From IMG/VR virus record IMGVR_UViG_3300049434_000014, positions 64,001 to 128,000 of that record: DNA of 64,000 bases; one strand, written 5' to 3'. This document shows, piece after piece, positions 22,091 through 33,065 of this stretch. Origin of the DNA: a virus. How positions within the stretch are numbered: the stretch's first letter is position 1; every line of letters starts with the position of its first letter. The translations under genes and the position numbers were made by a program. The notes beneath the pieces are model-generated. The model was not told where the DNA came from, did no database searches, and saw only the letters and a program-made list of their open reading frames with translations.

Positions 22091-22124
22091 GTAACGTTCT
22101 GCGTCTGTCTTGCGATATCTAAGT
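22091..22124 (+). promoter_or_regulatory. GTAAC-N17-CGATA promoter copy ahead of a leaderless ATG at 22125
   Basis: gtaacgttctgcgtctgtcttgcgatatctaagtATG. Confidence 0.7.
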
Positions 22125-23961
22125 ATGACCGATTTCGACGAGCCAGTAGATTTTGACGAGGTAGCTTGCGACGAGGAATCTTTGACTTCTCTGATTGAGG
22201 GAGGTTACGTCGATGGCGAAGCGCTCTTTTTCATCCTCGCTCGTTGGAGAGCTGCGATGGACGTGGTGGGGATTCCTGAGTTGGTGGGCACGCACGAAGC
22301 CATGGCTGTGATTCGGAGCGCTCGCAGATGGCGCCGTTGGGATATCTTTACGAAGTACTTTTTTTGGTTTCTGTTTTTGTTACCAGTAATGCTCTCTCTA
22401 ACTATGTCGATAGGTGTTTAGCATGGACGAGTATGTGGCCATAGATTGGAAGCAACGCGCTTACGAGGAAAATGAAAAGTGTGCTAAGTACCGTGAGCTT
22501 TTGTGTGCGATGACTGGGTTGCCTATTAATGCTTCGTTGCATCAGCATCGGTTTGCTGCAGAGCAGCTTAAGAAACGTTGGCGTCAGATAGCCGCTTTGG
22601 CTGATCGTTGGGACAAGATCCCTTACGGTCGTGGGTCGTCTATCTCGTGCGCTCGGGACTTGCGTAAGGCTTTGGGTATCGCAGAGGGTAGTACTGAGAC
22701 ATGATGCGAACTATTGATGTAGCTGCTGTAACTGAGTTACTGGATGAGTGGGATACCCAAATCTCTGACGATGATTCAGCGCGTATTCAGTTTGCTGCCA
22801 AGGAGCGTCTGCTCAGAGAGATTGAGTTCGAGGCTCGAGTGAAGGTTCGTCGCACGATGGCTGCTGAGGTTCGGGCGGCGTTAGGGCTATGACGCTTTCG
22901 GGCACTGATCTTGTGGTCTGCCTGCTCGCTGCAGGCTTGTGTGCTTTCATCGCTGGCTGGATCGCCTGCTGGGCGGTCGCGATGCGTTATGGGGAGCTGA
23001 CGGGACGGTTCCGGGAGCGTAAGGATCGTGCACGTCGTCCCCACGTTGCTCTCATTGCTATTCCCTCGGGCGTGGCTGCTGCGCTTGCTGTTCCTGTTGA
23101 GCCTGATGTTAACGAAGAGCATGAGTTGATCTCGACGTGGGCGGCACATAAAGTCGTGACTGGGTAGTACTTGTTATGACTATCGTATCGTGGGCCTCTC
23201 AGACTCAAGCGTTACGAAATGTGGCTGCAGCCGAGCTGTTGGAGGAAGCAGCCAGGCCGATGATCAGTGCGATTAAGACTCTGTCTAAGGACAATGGTGG
23301 TCGTCGTGGTATTGCTTCTACTACTGCCCTTGTTACGTTGCGGAGCGCTGTCAGGCTTTTGGTTGATGAAGCTGGTCTGCTTCGATTGGAAGCGCTCGCC
23401 GTCACGCATCGTCATTGCGATGATTGCAATCGTAGGCAAGATGAGCATTGTCCTGGCGAGGGTGCTGACGTTGTGTGTGGCGCCTGTCCGCTTCCTGATT
23501 CGCCGCATCCGGACCCTGCTTGTCGGATGATGTCTCGATCCGGAGGGTGGGTTCGGCGATGACTCGGTCAGCGGTCACTTTGAATTACGTTCGGGCTCAC
23601 GAGTTGGCAGCGCAGCGTCTGGAGACACAAGTTGACGTACTCTCGCTGCAGTGCAATGGCATGAAGCTGAAAGCTGCTCGCGGCAGTTCTATGTTCTCGG
23701 ATCCTGGGGACATGGCTGCGTATTACCTTATTGACGATTTGCGTAAGGCGTCGAAGACTTTGTTGAATTCAGCACAGGCGCATCGGGCGCGAGCTACTGC
23801 CTTCCTGAACGCTCCGTGTCCCGCTTGTCTTGCGGGCCAGCGTTCGCACTGTGCTAGTTGTGGATCGTGTGCTGTTGCAAATCGTGGTCCGTCGTGTCGG
23901 GATCTTGAGTGTGAGTTGGCGAGTTCTCGCGTGTCTGTTGATACGTGAGGTATGATCGTTT

Positions 23962-24079
23962 CGACAAGTCAGTTCTTTACGCTTCGAGCCTTCCTGACAA
24001 GTCCAATCATGTCTTTTTCAGTTCGACTCGACTATTCTTGTCCATTCACCTCGCCTCGAGGCGTTTGACTTTTTCGTCC
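23962..24079 (+). repeat. Pentamer-periodic GAC-delimited array A (about 3-4 units), putative guide-RNA array
   Basis: cgac aagtc agttc tttac gcttc gagcc ttcc tgac aagtc caatc atgtc ... gac tattc ttgtc cattc acctc gcctc gaggc. Confidence 0.8.
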
Positions 24080-24931
24080 TAAATGGGAGAATTCTGTTAT
24101 GGATCTACGTATTGGTGTCGCGGCTGTGGTTCTCGCTGTTGCAGCGCTTGTGTCTGGCGTCGCGTGGGGAAGTTCTGCGTCGACGTCTACGACTGTGTTG
24201 GCTTGTGGGGATACTCCTGGCTTCTGTCCTAATCCTCCGACGACGGCGCATGAATCGAACATGCGTGATGGGCAGATCGTCGGCGGGACTCACGATTTCT
24301 AGGAGTTAGTTGCTGGGCCTTCGGGTAGGACTTGACACTTGCTGTCTACCCGGAGGTGTGTTATGACTCTTAACATGGTCGGTGTTGTGGTTGTACTGGC
24401 TCTCGTATTTGCTTTAGTCGTCATTATGAAGCGACACCAGACTCAGCACTGTAATCACTTGCATCATCTGTCTAATGCTTTGGTCGGTCTGGTCGCTTTC
24501 ATCGATGAGCGCGTTCCGGGGGAGCTTCCCGAGGAGACGCGGAGTTTCGTCGCTGACTACACTGCGCAGTGGAGTACTGACGAGTATGTAGAGGAGCCGG
24601 TCGGGGATAAGAGTGTCTGATTCTGACTTGACTCCTATTTACGATCAGCTTTCGCAGGAGCATGAGACTCATACTGGAGTTTTCACTCCGGACGATCCGT
24701 TGGATACTTCTGTGCCTCTCCCAGTTGATCCTGTGGTCGCGGCGGCAGATATCGACCCTGTTGTGGGTCGCCCAAGCTCCGAGTAGCTCGTTAGTCATGC
24801 ATGGCTGGACGGGTATGACTAGTCATGGTCTTGTTTAGCACATCGATACTATCTGTGCTTTTCTGGCTCGCTGGTATGAGCGGTCGGTGTGCTGCGCGTC
24901 GTGATCACCAGTTCTATCTGAGGGAGACAGT

Positions 24932-25864
24932 ATGCGTAAACGACAAAGATTCGTAGTGGCGGGGGCGATTGTTGCCGTCGTGGGTGTGTTGGGCTCGTGT
25001 TCGACTGCTGATCCCTCACCGGGTCAGGTTGCGGCGCATTACAGTAATGGACCGTTTTCTTCGCAGGTGTTTCAGGACTGCGTCGCACCGGGGCAGCTGG
25101 CTTATCAGGGTGTTAGTGATGATCACTTCTACTACCCTGCTGGTCAGCGTTCGTTCAAGTTCAGTAATGATCCTGACTCGGATTATCCTCCGATTGAGGT
25201 GATGAGTAGCGATAGTCAGGTGTTGACGGTTAGTGGCACCATGGCTTTCACGTTGGACACTTCTTGTGCGCCTTGGGATGACAAGGATGCAAATGGCAAT
25301 GTCATCAAGCATTGGCCAGGCGGTTTGTTGCAGAGGTTCCACGAGACACTGGCCATTCAGGACAGCGCGTTTTCGACTTCTGGTGGAACTGAGCCCGGTC
25401 CTGGTTGGGATAAGTTCATTGGTAAGTACGTGAAAGATACCGCCGAGCGTGCGATCACCAATGAGGCTCTGAGGTTCGGTTGGTTTGCCTTGTCTAACGA
25501 TCCTGCGTCGCGTGCGCAGTGGGAGAAAGACGTTGTCACCAAGGTTCCTGATCTGGTGACGGCTCAGATGGGTGCTCCGTACCTGCATATTGACAACATT
25601 CTGTTGCAGAAGCCCGTACCTGGCCCTGGTTTGCTGGCTGGTCTTGCTTCGAAGCAGGAAGCTCAGTTGCGTTCGGATGCTGTCGATATTGACAAGGCTG
25701 CAGCTTTGAACTTCCCTGGTGGCATCAACGCGTACGCGGATTACCAGCAGAAGTTGGGTGTGCTTGCTCTGCAGCGTTCGATCGCTCGCGCTATTGATGA
25801 TGGCAAGGTGAAGGCTGTTCCGGTCCCTGCGGGTTCGCCCGTGATTGTCAGCCCAGGCGGGTAG
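24932..25864 (+). CDS. SPFH/Band-7 domain membrane-anchored protein
   Basis: N-terminal TM/lipobox-like LGSC; SSDSQVLTVSGTMAFTL; C-terminal helical segment. Confidence 0.75.
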   Translation: MRKRQRFVVAGAIVAVVGVLGSCSTADPSPGQVAAHYSNGPFSSQVFQDCVAPGQLAYQGVSDDHFYYPAGQRSFKFSNDPDSDYPPIEVMSSDSQVLTVSGTMAFTLDTSCAPWDDKDANGNVIKHWPGGLLQRFHETLAIQDSAFSTSGGTEPGPGWDKFIGKYVKDTAERAITNEALRFGWFALSNDPASRAQWEKDVVTKVPDLVTAQMGAPYLHIDNILLQKPVPGPGLLAGLASKQEAQLRSDAVDIDKAAALNFPGGINAYADYQQKLGVLALQRSIARAIDDGKVKAVPVPAGSPVIVSPGG

Positions 25865-26216
25865 GTGTCTGATGGCTAAGGGTGAGATCTTCGTTTTCAC
25901 TGCGCTTGTTCTTATGCTCGCATTGGGAATGCTGGTCTACAAGTTGTGGCAATACTTCAGTAAGATGGCGTGGGAGAGGGCGCGACGTACTGCTCCGTGG
26001 TTTTCACGATCTTCTATCAATCCTGATGGATCTGTGACGGTGTTGGTTCGTCGTGAGGCGTGGGTGGGCTGGTCGGTTGAGATGGTCGGCGAGCCTGTCG
26101 AGGTCGCAACGATCAAGGTGGCGGATCTGGATCTGGGCTTGCTTCAGGAAGCTGAGGGTCGTGCCGAGATCGTGGCTAATACCTACAACCGCACCAGTTT
26201 GCCCTAGCTGACACCC

Positions 26217-26266
26217 TGCGCAGGAAGCCTCAGTTCCTTCGGGAGCTGGGGCTTCCTGCGTTTCTA
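26217..26266 (+). terminator. Intrinsic terminator
   Basis: gcaggaagcctcagttcc ttcg ggagctggggcttcctgc followed by gtttct. Confidence 0.8.
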
Positions 26267-26357
26267 TACTTTCTTGCCTGACCTAGTTGACCTCGTAGAC
26301 CTTGCATGCTACCGTATGGGTAGTACTTGATGACGGGGATCAACCCAGGAGGTAGAC

Positions 26358-27311
26358 ATGGCAACGTCTGTACGGACCGACGAGCACCGCGAGGGTGTGC
26401 TGGTACCCGCGAACTACAGGTTTCGCGAGGTGCTGGATCTCTACGCTGGTGGACCCAAAGATGACGTGATCGCTCTGGCCAAGCAGGCAGCGGTCCCTCC
26501 GAGGTGGCTTCAGTTCGTAGAGCGTCAGCGCGCTCGGGTGAAGCAATACCAGGCTCGCGCAGTCGGCGATCGTCCTCGGTTGTCTCAGTGCAATATCTGT
26601 GGTGCGCACATTCGTTACGCGGTTGTGTGGGCATACAATCCCGAGCCGGGTGGTCACTTCGCTGGTTACATTACTACGGGTACTGACTGTGCCTCGTCCG
26701 TCAATGCTGCACTCGAGTCGGAGATTGCTTCTCAGGCTGGCGCTCTGCGTGAGTTCGTCGCTGGCATGCGTAAGCAGGCGCGGTCGGCTGCAGCGGCGCA
26801 CACGGAGCCTGCTGTGCCTGTTGAGGCGGCGTCACGGTGGTCTGCTGTGGATCGTCGTCGTCAGGCGTGGATCGCGGAGTCTAACGATCACTATCGGGTC
26901 GCGCACTTCCTGCACGCTGTGTCTGGTAACCACGCGGATCTCGGTTGCACTGGTAAATGTTTTCACTGTGACGTGACGGCTCAGTTGGTTGAGACCGGCT
27001 CGTTGTCGGAGCGTCAGGTTGAGGCTGTGCTGCGTTCTGTGCCTTCCTGGGAGGCGCATGGTCGGCTTCCTGAGCCTGCCTTCGAGATTCCTTCAGGTGA
27101 GACCACGATTACAGGCACGCTGGCTTCAGCGCGCAATGGGCACATGCTCATTAAGTGCAAGGGCTACCGTGTGTGGACGATTCCCCCGGAGGGTCTGCGG
27201 TCGGCTCAGACGGGTTCTCAGGTTCGGTTCACTGCTTATGTGGAGCCTTCCACGAAAGATCCTAAGTTTTTGATTGCTCGCGATGTTCGGGACGGAGAGG
27301 TTGTCGGTTGA
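26358..27311 (+). CDS. Hypothetical nucleic-acid-binding protein (Zn-ribbon N-terminus, OB-fold-like C-terminus)
   Basis: CNICGAHIRY...GTDC; GSLSERQ; C-terminal beta domain; GGAGG RBS. Confidence 0.6.
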   Translation: MATSVRTDEHREGVLVPANYRFREVLDLYAGGPKDDVIALAKQAAVPPRWLQFVERQRARVKQYQARAVGDRPRLSQCNICGAHIRYAVVWAYNPEPGGHFAGYITTGTDCASSVNAALESEIASQAGALREFVAGMRKQARSAAAAHTEPAVPVEAASRWSAVDRRRQAWIAESNDHYRVAHFLHAVSGNHADLGCTGKCFHCDVTAQLVETGSLSERQVEAVLRSVPSWEAHGRLPEPAFEIPSGETTITGTLASARNGHMLIKCKGYRVWTIPPEGLRSAQTGSQVRFTAYVEPSTKDPKFLIARDVRDGEVVG

Positions 27312-28219
27312 AATGGCTAGGGGTAGACGTCCCGTTCCGGAGGGCTTCGTTCGGATACTAGATCGTCGTAGCTCCGGTGCGGCGGGTGCGCACAAGGGTA
27401 GGACTGTGACGAGAAGTGCTGAGAGAAGCTCAGCTATTCGATCGAGCAGGGAGAATTAATATGTGTAAGTCGATTACTGTCGGCGAGCTTTTTGCGACCG
27501 ATAATCGGACTTTGACGGAGAAGATGGACGATCATTCGAAGCAAGATAATTTCGAGAGTGCTTTGACTGGTGTTCAGTATCAGCTTCGTCAGGCTCGGAT
27601 CGCTATGCTGGCTGCGGGAATGAAGATGCAGGATACTGATCGCCCGGAGATTGAGGTTGACGATTTCAGGTTGTACGACACTGCGGTGGAGGCAATTCAG
27701 AATCTTCAGGCTCGTATTCGTGACATTCTTGATGATTTGGATCCTAACGCTCCCATCCCGTCTGAGCGGCAGCTCCGCACGGATCAGGTCTAGTCTTCCT
27801 ACGTCGTGTTCAGAGAGGTAGTTATGCATCCGAATTCAGCATTTGCTTGGGATGATACTTCTCATCCTGCTCTTGCAGCCAAGGCGCGCGAGGCTCAGTT
27901 GGAGAAATTAGATACTCTGATGTATGTGCAGAAGAAGCTGATTGAGTCTCAGCGGGCACTGCTTGATGCTTTGTCGTCTCTGGTTGATACCAAGGTTGAG
28001 TTGTCTGCTGCTAGGAAGAAAGCGGCCAGTGAGACTCAGGGTTTCTTGACGGATTTGCAGCTGGCAACGCTGGAAGCATTCGCTTTGATTCAGCAGGGAT
28101 CGGTTTAGCGGGTACGACCAGTCGTCTTCGGACAGGGCATAGTAGAGCCTGAACAGACAGAATAAACTAGATATGGGGAGCACCGAAGAGTGGTTGTGAC
28201 TGGTCATGTCCACTCTCGG

Positions 28220-28673
28220 TGACTCGCTACGTTACACTGCAGATCGACTACTCAATTCTGTTCAGGCCCGTTCGATTCATTTGACAACCCGGCACAGGCC
28301 CTCTCGCATCCATGCGACAATGCGAGTCTTGTCTCCCCCTGGCCCATGCCGACTGTCCGTCTCGCCTCCGTATCCCATCCTTTCCGTTCTGTGCCGACGA
28401 GCCAGCTCGATCCGGGTCTCTCCCACCCACCGACTAGTCTCTGCGGATCCTCCCGGGTCAGGTGACTCTGCCGATCTAGTCCCAGCGCATCATCTCGTGT
28501 CCGACTATCCGTATCCGTGCTTGTCGTTTCCAATCGACCAGTCAGTCCCGGTCAGTTCGTGCCTTGTTCCGACAGATCGCTGCTGTTCGTTTCCCGTCAG
28601 TGCGACGGACCGAGACTGTTCGCCTCCAATCAGTTCGACTACTCGACACAAGTCACCCCAAGGCCGACGAACC
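28220..28673 (+). repeat. Pentamer-periodic GAC-delimited array B (about 13 units), putative guide-RNA array
   Basis: e.g. gac tctgc cgatc tagtc ccagc gcatc atctc gtgtc c|gac tatcc gtatc cgtgc ttgtc gtttc caatc|gac ... agatc gctgc tgttc gtttc ccgtc agtgc|gac. Confidence 0.9.
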
Positions 28674-29857
28674 GTTAGGACTAGTTATGGCACTGAGTGA
28701 GTCGGTGAAGAACCGTCTGCTGAACTGGAAGTTCGAGCAGGCGTGGCAGACCTTGTCTGAGGAGATGGGCGGGGATGCTTCGGAGGCTGAGGTTCAGACG
28801 GTGCGGGCGTTGGCGATCACGTTCGGGGATCCGGGTTGGTTTGAGGGTTCGATGGCAGACATCATCCGGGCTGTGTTGTGGTTTTTAGGAGTGACTGACG
28901 ATGATTAGTTTTCGACAGATCGATGAGTTTCTTACTCCTAAGGATCCGTTTTTCAAGCTTTTGATACCTGCTCTGCTTGCGGCTTATGTGTTTATGTTAA
29001 CTGTGGGTGCTGTTGTCGCTATCACTTTCTTTACTATCGGGATGGCTATCGTTATCACGTCTGCTGTGATGGGTAGCTTGTCGTTGGTGATTTTCTACGT
29101 GATCGATAAGGTAGTCACCAAATGACTAGGGTGTGGCGTGCTCATGGATTGCCTCACGGGCATGCGGATATTCCTAGGAAGATACGAACAGCTGATCATC
29201 GATTGTTTGAGCATTTTGATGGTAGTTTGTTTCGTGAGCTTTCTACGTCTCAGTGTAATTATAGGCACTGGGATGAGTTGGTGTTTCCTGTTTTTGAGGT
29301 CTCGGATGTTTCTCCAGAGGCGGTGTCTGCTTCTGCGGATGGTGTGCTCACGGGTGTGTGGATGTCTGGTCAGTTCTCGGACATCGACATGATTAACGAC
29401 ATCGCTGATTGGTTGTTGAAGACTAAGCTTCCTGTGTTGAACGTCAGTTTTGCTGCAGCGGTGGCGGATCGTATTCGTTACCTGCTAGAAAATGATGAGG
29501 AGACTCACCTGCTGCTAGGGAGAGAAGAGCTGTGAGTGATCACAAGATCGTGGAGTTTCTGAATTTGTGCGTGTCGGCTGATGAGGCAACCGGGTTAGGT
29601 TCGCCGTGGGAGTTTATCTTCAAGCGACGCATCATTGTCATTCATGCCCCACGTAAAGACGATAATGAGCAGTGGGTGTGTGATGCGTGTTCGTGGATGC
29701 ATCCTGAGATACGTCAGATTGTTAATGCGTACGCACCTTGCGAGCATTTGCAGTATATGTCTATGATCTATTCTAAGCGGGCTGGGTTTGATCCGGATTG
29801 GATTCATGACGTGATCGGGTTCGCTGAGCTTCCCTAATACTCCGGGTTTTCCGGATA

Positions 29858-30361
29858 TGACTACACTACTCCGATCCTTTCATGTCGTTGGCGAATCGTT
29901 CCCGTCCCGACTATTCGCCGCATGTCCCTTCGTGTCTTGCCAAGTCGACTATTCGTTTCGATCCCGGCCATTTCGTTTTGACTATTCGCATCGGATCCAG
30001 CTCCTATCGATTCGACTGATCTTGTCGACTACGCAAGTCAGTTCCGTTCTTTGCATTGCGACTTGTCGAGCCTGTCCGTGTCCGCGCGTATCGACTACCC
30101 GATCCAGTTCCGTCCTTTCCCGCTCTTTCCGACTACGCTCGTCTCATCCGGGCATGTCATCTCGACTACTCGATTCTTTCTCGTCGCTGCGGCTCTGTTC
30201 GACTACCCGGTTCGATACGGGACATCCCTGTCCGTTCTGACTACCCGTCTCCGTTCGCTTCTAGCCCAGTCCGTCTCGACAACCCATGTCGCGGCACTGC
30301 TCTTCTTTCCGTGACGACAGGCCAGTTCCAGTCTGTTCGTCTCTGTACGACATCACACATC
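29858..30361 (+). repeat. Pentamer-periodic GAC-delimited array C (about 15 units), putative guide-RNA array
   Basis: e.g. gac tacgc aagtc agttc cgttc tttgc attgc|gac ttgtc gagcc tgtcc gtgtc cgcgc gtatc|gac taccc gatcc agttc cgtcc tttcc cgctc tttcc|gac; boundary consensus CGACTA. Confidence 0.92.
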
Positions 30362-31464
30362 GGGTAGGAGTTGGGATGTATACGTTTTCTGAGGGTGTGT
30401 TGATTACGGATGACATGATTGAGCGTGACGATTCGATCGAGCCTCGCGCGGGTCAGCCTTGCTGGTGTCCTGATTCGTTTATCGAGGCGTGTTTTTACGT
30501 GCGGTATTGCCCGCGCCACGGGTCGGTTCCTGATCAGGATCTCTGGAATTTCAGGGTTGCTCCATACGGGATCTCATAGGTCTGCAGGGTTGCATGGTCT
30601 ACGAGGTCATGGTATGGTTGTTCCAACAGCAAGGGAGCCAGCCATGGAGGTCAGTGACAAGATTGAGGATTACCAGTTCGAGGCGCGTGTCCAGATCCGT
30701 TGCGGGTGTGGTCGTTACGTCTCCATCGGTCCTAATGCGGTGACCGGAGATTGCTGGGGTTGTGGTCGGGTCTATCGGACGTCAGTCGAGGTGCTAGCGG
30801 GTAGGACTGGGACATGACGACAACTCGAAACACTATCACCATTAATATAGTCAATGATGGGTCAGGTGTTACTGCTTCTGGCACTCTTGTCACGAGCCGA
30901 GTGATTGATCTCGAGGATCTTGATGAGCGTTACTGTTTGGTGTATCTCAAGATTGAAGATCCTACTGATGATCACACTCTCTCTCTTACGGTTGTAGATA
31001 TGTTGGAGACGTCCGTTCCGGTTGATTTTGCTGCTATTGAGGAGTCGGTTTACACGGCAGCGCGTGAGACTCGTAAGGCTGCGCGCGAGGCTCTTGCAGC
31101 GCAAAATCAGTAACGGTTCTGACGATCGGTAGTGTATCTTCTGTAAGGGTTGTCTGCGGGGTAGGACTCGATCATGTCGAGTCGTAACTACAGTGTCGCG
31201 ATTCGGATTGCTTGTGTGTGCAAGCGTGGGTTCTATGTTAAGAGAGTGGATCGACCAGCGGTGTGTCCGCATTGTGGACATCGGTTCGCTGTGAAGATCA
31301 AGTGTGTGGAGATCGGGCCAGCTGAGGAGCCTGTCTCAGACAAACGCAAGGCGGGTAGGATTCCGGTGGGTGGTGGAGTCTTGCACGGGGCTAAGACTTA
31401 AATGACAATGCATTAACTTGCAGCGTCCACCACCCGTTTGACAACTTAACAGAGATCCCATGAT

Positions 31465-31535
31465 GGCTTCATAGACTAATGGCAGGTCACTAGCCTCTCA
31501 AGCTAGGAGTACGGGTTCGACCCCCGTTGGAGCTA
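31465..31535 (+). tRNA. tRNA-Glu (CTC)
   Basis: GGCTTCA/TGGAGCT acceptor; ctagc-CTCTCAA-gctag anticodon arm; GGTTCGA T-loop. Confidence 0.85.
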
Positions 31536-31547
31536 CGTTTGTATTAA

Positions 31548-31617
31548 CGTTCCGTGGTGTAGGGATAGCACGCCGGTCACGGGACCGGTAGTCCACGTTT
31601 AACTCGTGGCGGAACGA
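31548..31617 (+). tRNA. tRNA-like gene with abnormal anticodon loop (6 or 8 nt; identity undetermined)
   Basis: CGTTCCG/CGGAACG acceptor, D arm, ccgg-tcacggga-ccgg, T arm ccacg-tttaact-cgtgg. Confidence 0.6.
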
Positions 31618-31664
31618 CGCACGGCCTAGGATCGCCTCTGCTTCGGGCATGCGCCTAGGTCTCT

Positions 31665-31738
31665 CGGGATGTAGGGAAGCCAGGTATCCCACCTGTTTTG
31701 GGTACAGGAAGCCGCAGGTTCGAATCCTGCCGTCCCGA
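31665..31738 (+). tRNA. tRNA-Pro (TGG)
   Basis: CGGGATG acceptor; cctgt-TTTGGGT-acagg; GGTTCGAATCC. Confidence 0.9.
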
Positions 31739-31740
31739 CT

Positions 31741-31816
31741 GGATGGATGTAGCTCAATGATAGAGCCCTTGGATTAACGTCTAAGGAGACGTGGGTTTGA
31801 TTCCCGCCACCATCCT
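31741..31816 (+). tRNA. tRNA-like gene with abnormal anticodon loop (cttgg-attaacgt-ctaag) and bulged acceptor stem
   Basis: TAGCTCAATGATAGAGC D arm; GGGTTTGATTCCC T arm. Confidence 0.6.
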
Positions 31817-31820
31817 TCAT

Positions 31821-31895
31821 GGTGAATGTAGCTCAAATGGCAGAGCGCCTGATTGTGGGTCAGGTCGTTGCGGGTTCGATTCCCGTCGTTCACCC
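31821..31895 (+). tRNA. tRNA-His (GTG)
   Basis: Encoded G-1; cctga-TTGTGGG-tcagg; GGTTCGATTCC. Confidence 0.9.
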
Positions 31896-31978
31896 CGAGA
31901 GGGACGGAGTCCAAAGCACATATGGTACCTGTTGCTAGGACTTAAACGACAATGTTATGTGTGTCCGTCCTTCTCCTA

Positions 31979-32050
31979 TCCTCGTTAGCTCAAAGGCAGA
32001 GCGTGCGATTGTTAATCGCAGGGTTGTTGGTTCAAGTCCAGCACGGGGAG
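31979..32050 (+). tRNA. tRNA-Asn (GTT)
   Basis: TCCTCGT/ACGGGGA acceptor; tgcga-TTGTTAA-tcgca. Confidence 0.9.
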
Positions 32051-32061
32051 CGTTTGTTTAT

Positions 32062-32132
32062 GGGTGTGACAGGATTGTGACAGTGGAGCCCGCTGAGCGG
32101 CACTGTTGAGGGTTCGAGTCCCTCCACTTCCA
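32062..32132 (+). ncRNA. tRNA-like small RNA with intact T arm but non-canonical remainder
   Basis: gaggg-TTCGAGT-ccctc T arm; acagtg/cactgt stem enclosing a ccgc-tga-gcgg hairpin. Confidence 0.45.
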
Positions 32133-32137
32133 CGAGA

Positions 32138-32490
32138 TGGGCAGTCGTTGTCGCTTGCTTCTTTAGCTACGGTAATCACCCCGATGGAGCGAGTGACCCT
32201 TCACGCGAGGTCGGTTGGAGGCTGACAACCTGACGACAATTGGTGGGCTTGTCACTCACCTACCTATCTCTGCTCGAACCACTTTGTTGGCGGGTTCGCT
32301 ACCCGTACGGAGTGCCGGTTTGATCCAGATAGGCTCTAAGCCGAGGTGTGGGTGCGACCCCGCTAGCCCTCGGTGCCCCGAGGATCCCTTGCCAGAGAGG
32401 AACCGGATACGGATCTGGTGTTCGAGTAGTCGAGATGGACAGGGTCTGTGTGAATAACGCAGCTTCAACGACACTGTGGTGTGCCTGTCC
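32138..32490 (+). ncRNA. Candidate large structured ncRNA (about 350 nt) within the tRNA cluster (GOLLD-like?)
   Basis: No credible ORF; 5' gtcgttg pairs with 3' caacgac; many internal stems; T-loop-like gggtgcgacccc; sits between tRNA genes. Confidence 0.5.
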
Positions 32491-32498
32491 TTCTCCAA

Positions 32499-32569
32499 GG
32501 TGGAATGACCGAGCGGCTAGGTAGCGGTCTGCAAAACCGCGCACGCGGGTTCGATTCCCGCTTCCGCCT
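32499..32569 (+). tRNA. tRNA-Cys (GCA)
   Basis: GGTGGAA/TTCCGCC acceptor; gcggt-CTGCAAA-accgc. Confidence 0.9.
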
Positions 32570-32587
32570 CGTTGGGTAGGATATGTC

Positions 32588-32983
32588 ATGACTGAAACAC
32601 TGGTAACGGCGCTTCTGAGGAACAAGCCAGGGAAGTGGGCGCACGTCCTTCACGAGGACTCGGTAGCTCCTAACATTCCCTCCCATCATCTGATGGATCT
32701 TGCGTGTGACGTGAATCTGGGCAATGATGAGTGGGCTCCTGCGGGTGCGTTTTCGGCAGTGATTCGGGATGCTTCGGATCTGTATGTTCGATTCAATTCA
32801 GATAAACCTGATGTCACTGAAGTTGTGGTGTCGTACCGTGCGTCGTTGAAGTACGGTAATTGCTTTGATTGCGGCCTTCCGGGTGCGCAGTATCTGTTGG
32901 TCGACGTGGGTGTGATGAACTGTCCGCTGTGTGCGGCTGAGGCTGCGGTAGCGGGCGCTCAGGTGACTAGGTTGGAGCGTTAG
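32588..32983 (+). CDS. Hypothetical protein with C-terminal Zn finger
   Basis: CFDC...CPLC; GGGTAGGA upstream. Confidence 0.6.
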   Translation: MTETLVTALLRNKPGKWAHVLHEDSVAPNIPSHHLMDLACDVNLGNDEWAPAGAFSAVIRDASDLYVRFNSDKPDVTEVVVSYRASLKYGNCFDCGLPGAQYLLVDVGVMNCPLCAAEAAVAGAQVTRLER

Positions 32984-32992
32984 TTTGTTCGT

Positions 32993-33065
32993 GGGTCGTT
33001 AGTTTAACTGGTAAAACAGGAGCCTCCAAAACTCCACGATGTGGGTTCGATTCCTGCACGGCCCG
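32993..33065 (+). tRNA. tRNA-Trp (CCA)
   Basis: GGGTCGT/ACGGCCC acceptor; ggagc-CTCCAAA-actcc; GGTTCGATTCC. Confidence 0.85.

Noticed and set aside
28206-28700. ORFs overlapping the periodic arrays (28206-28700, 29857-30240, 30051-30367, 40958-41260, 42986-43246)
   Set aside because: Ser/Pro/Arg-rich products with no RBS and atypical codon usage; a 5-nt C period suppresses stop codons and is incompatible with triplet selection
32138-32490. tmRNA or RNase P RNA
   Set aside because: No tRNA-Ala-like termini or tag ORF, and no GAGGAAAGTCC / CGGCTTA P4 motifs
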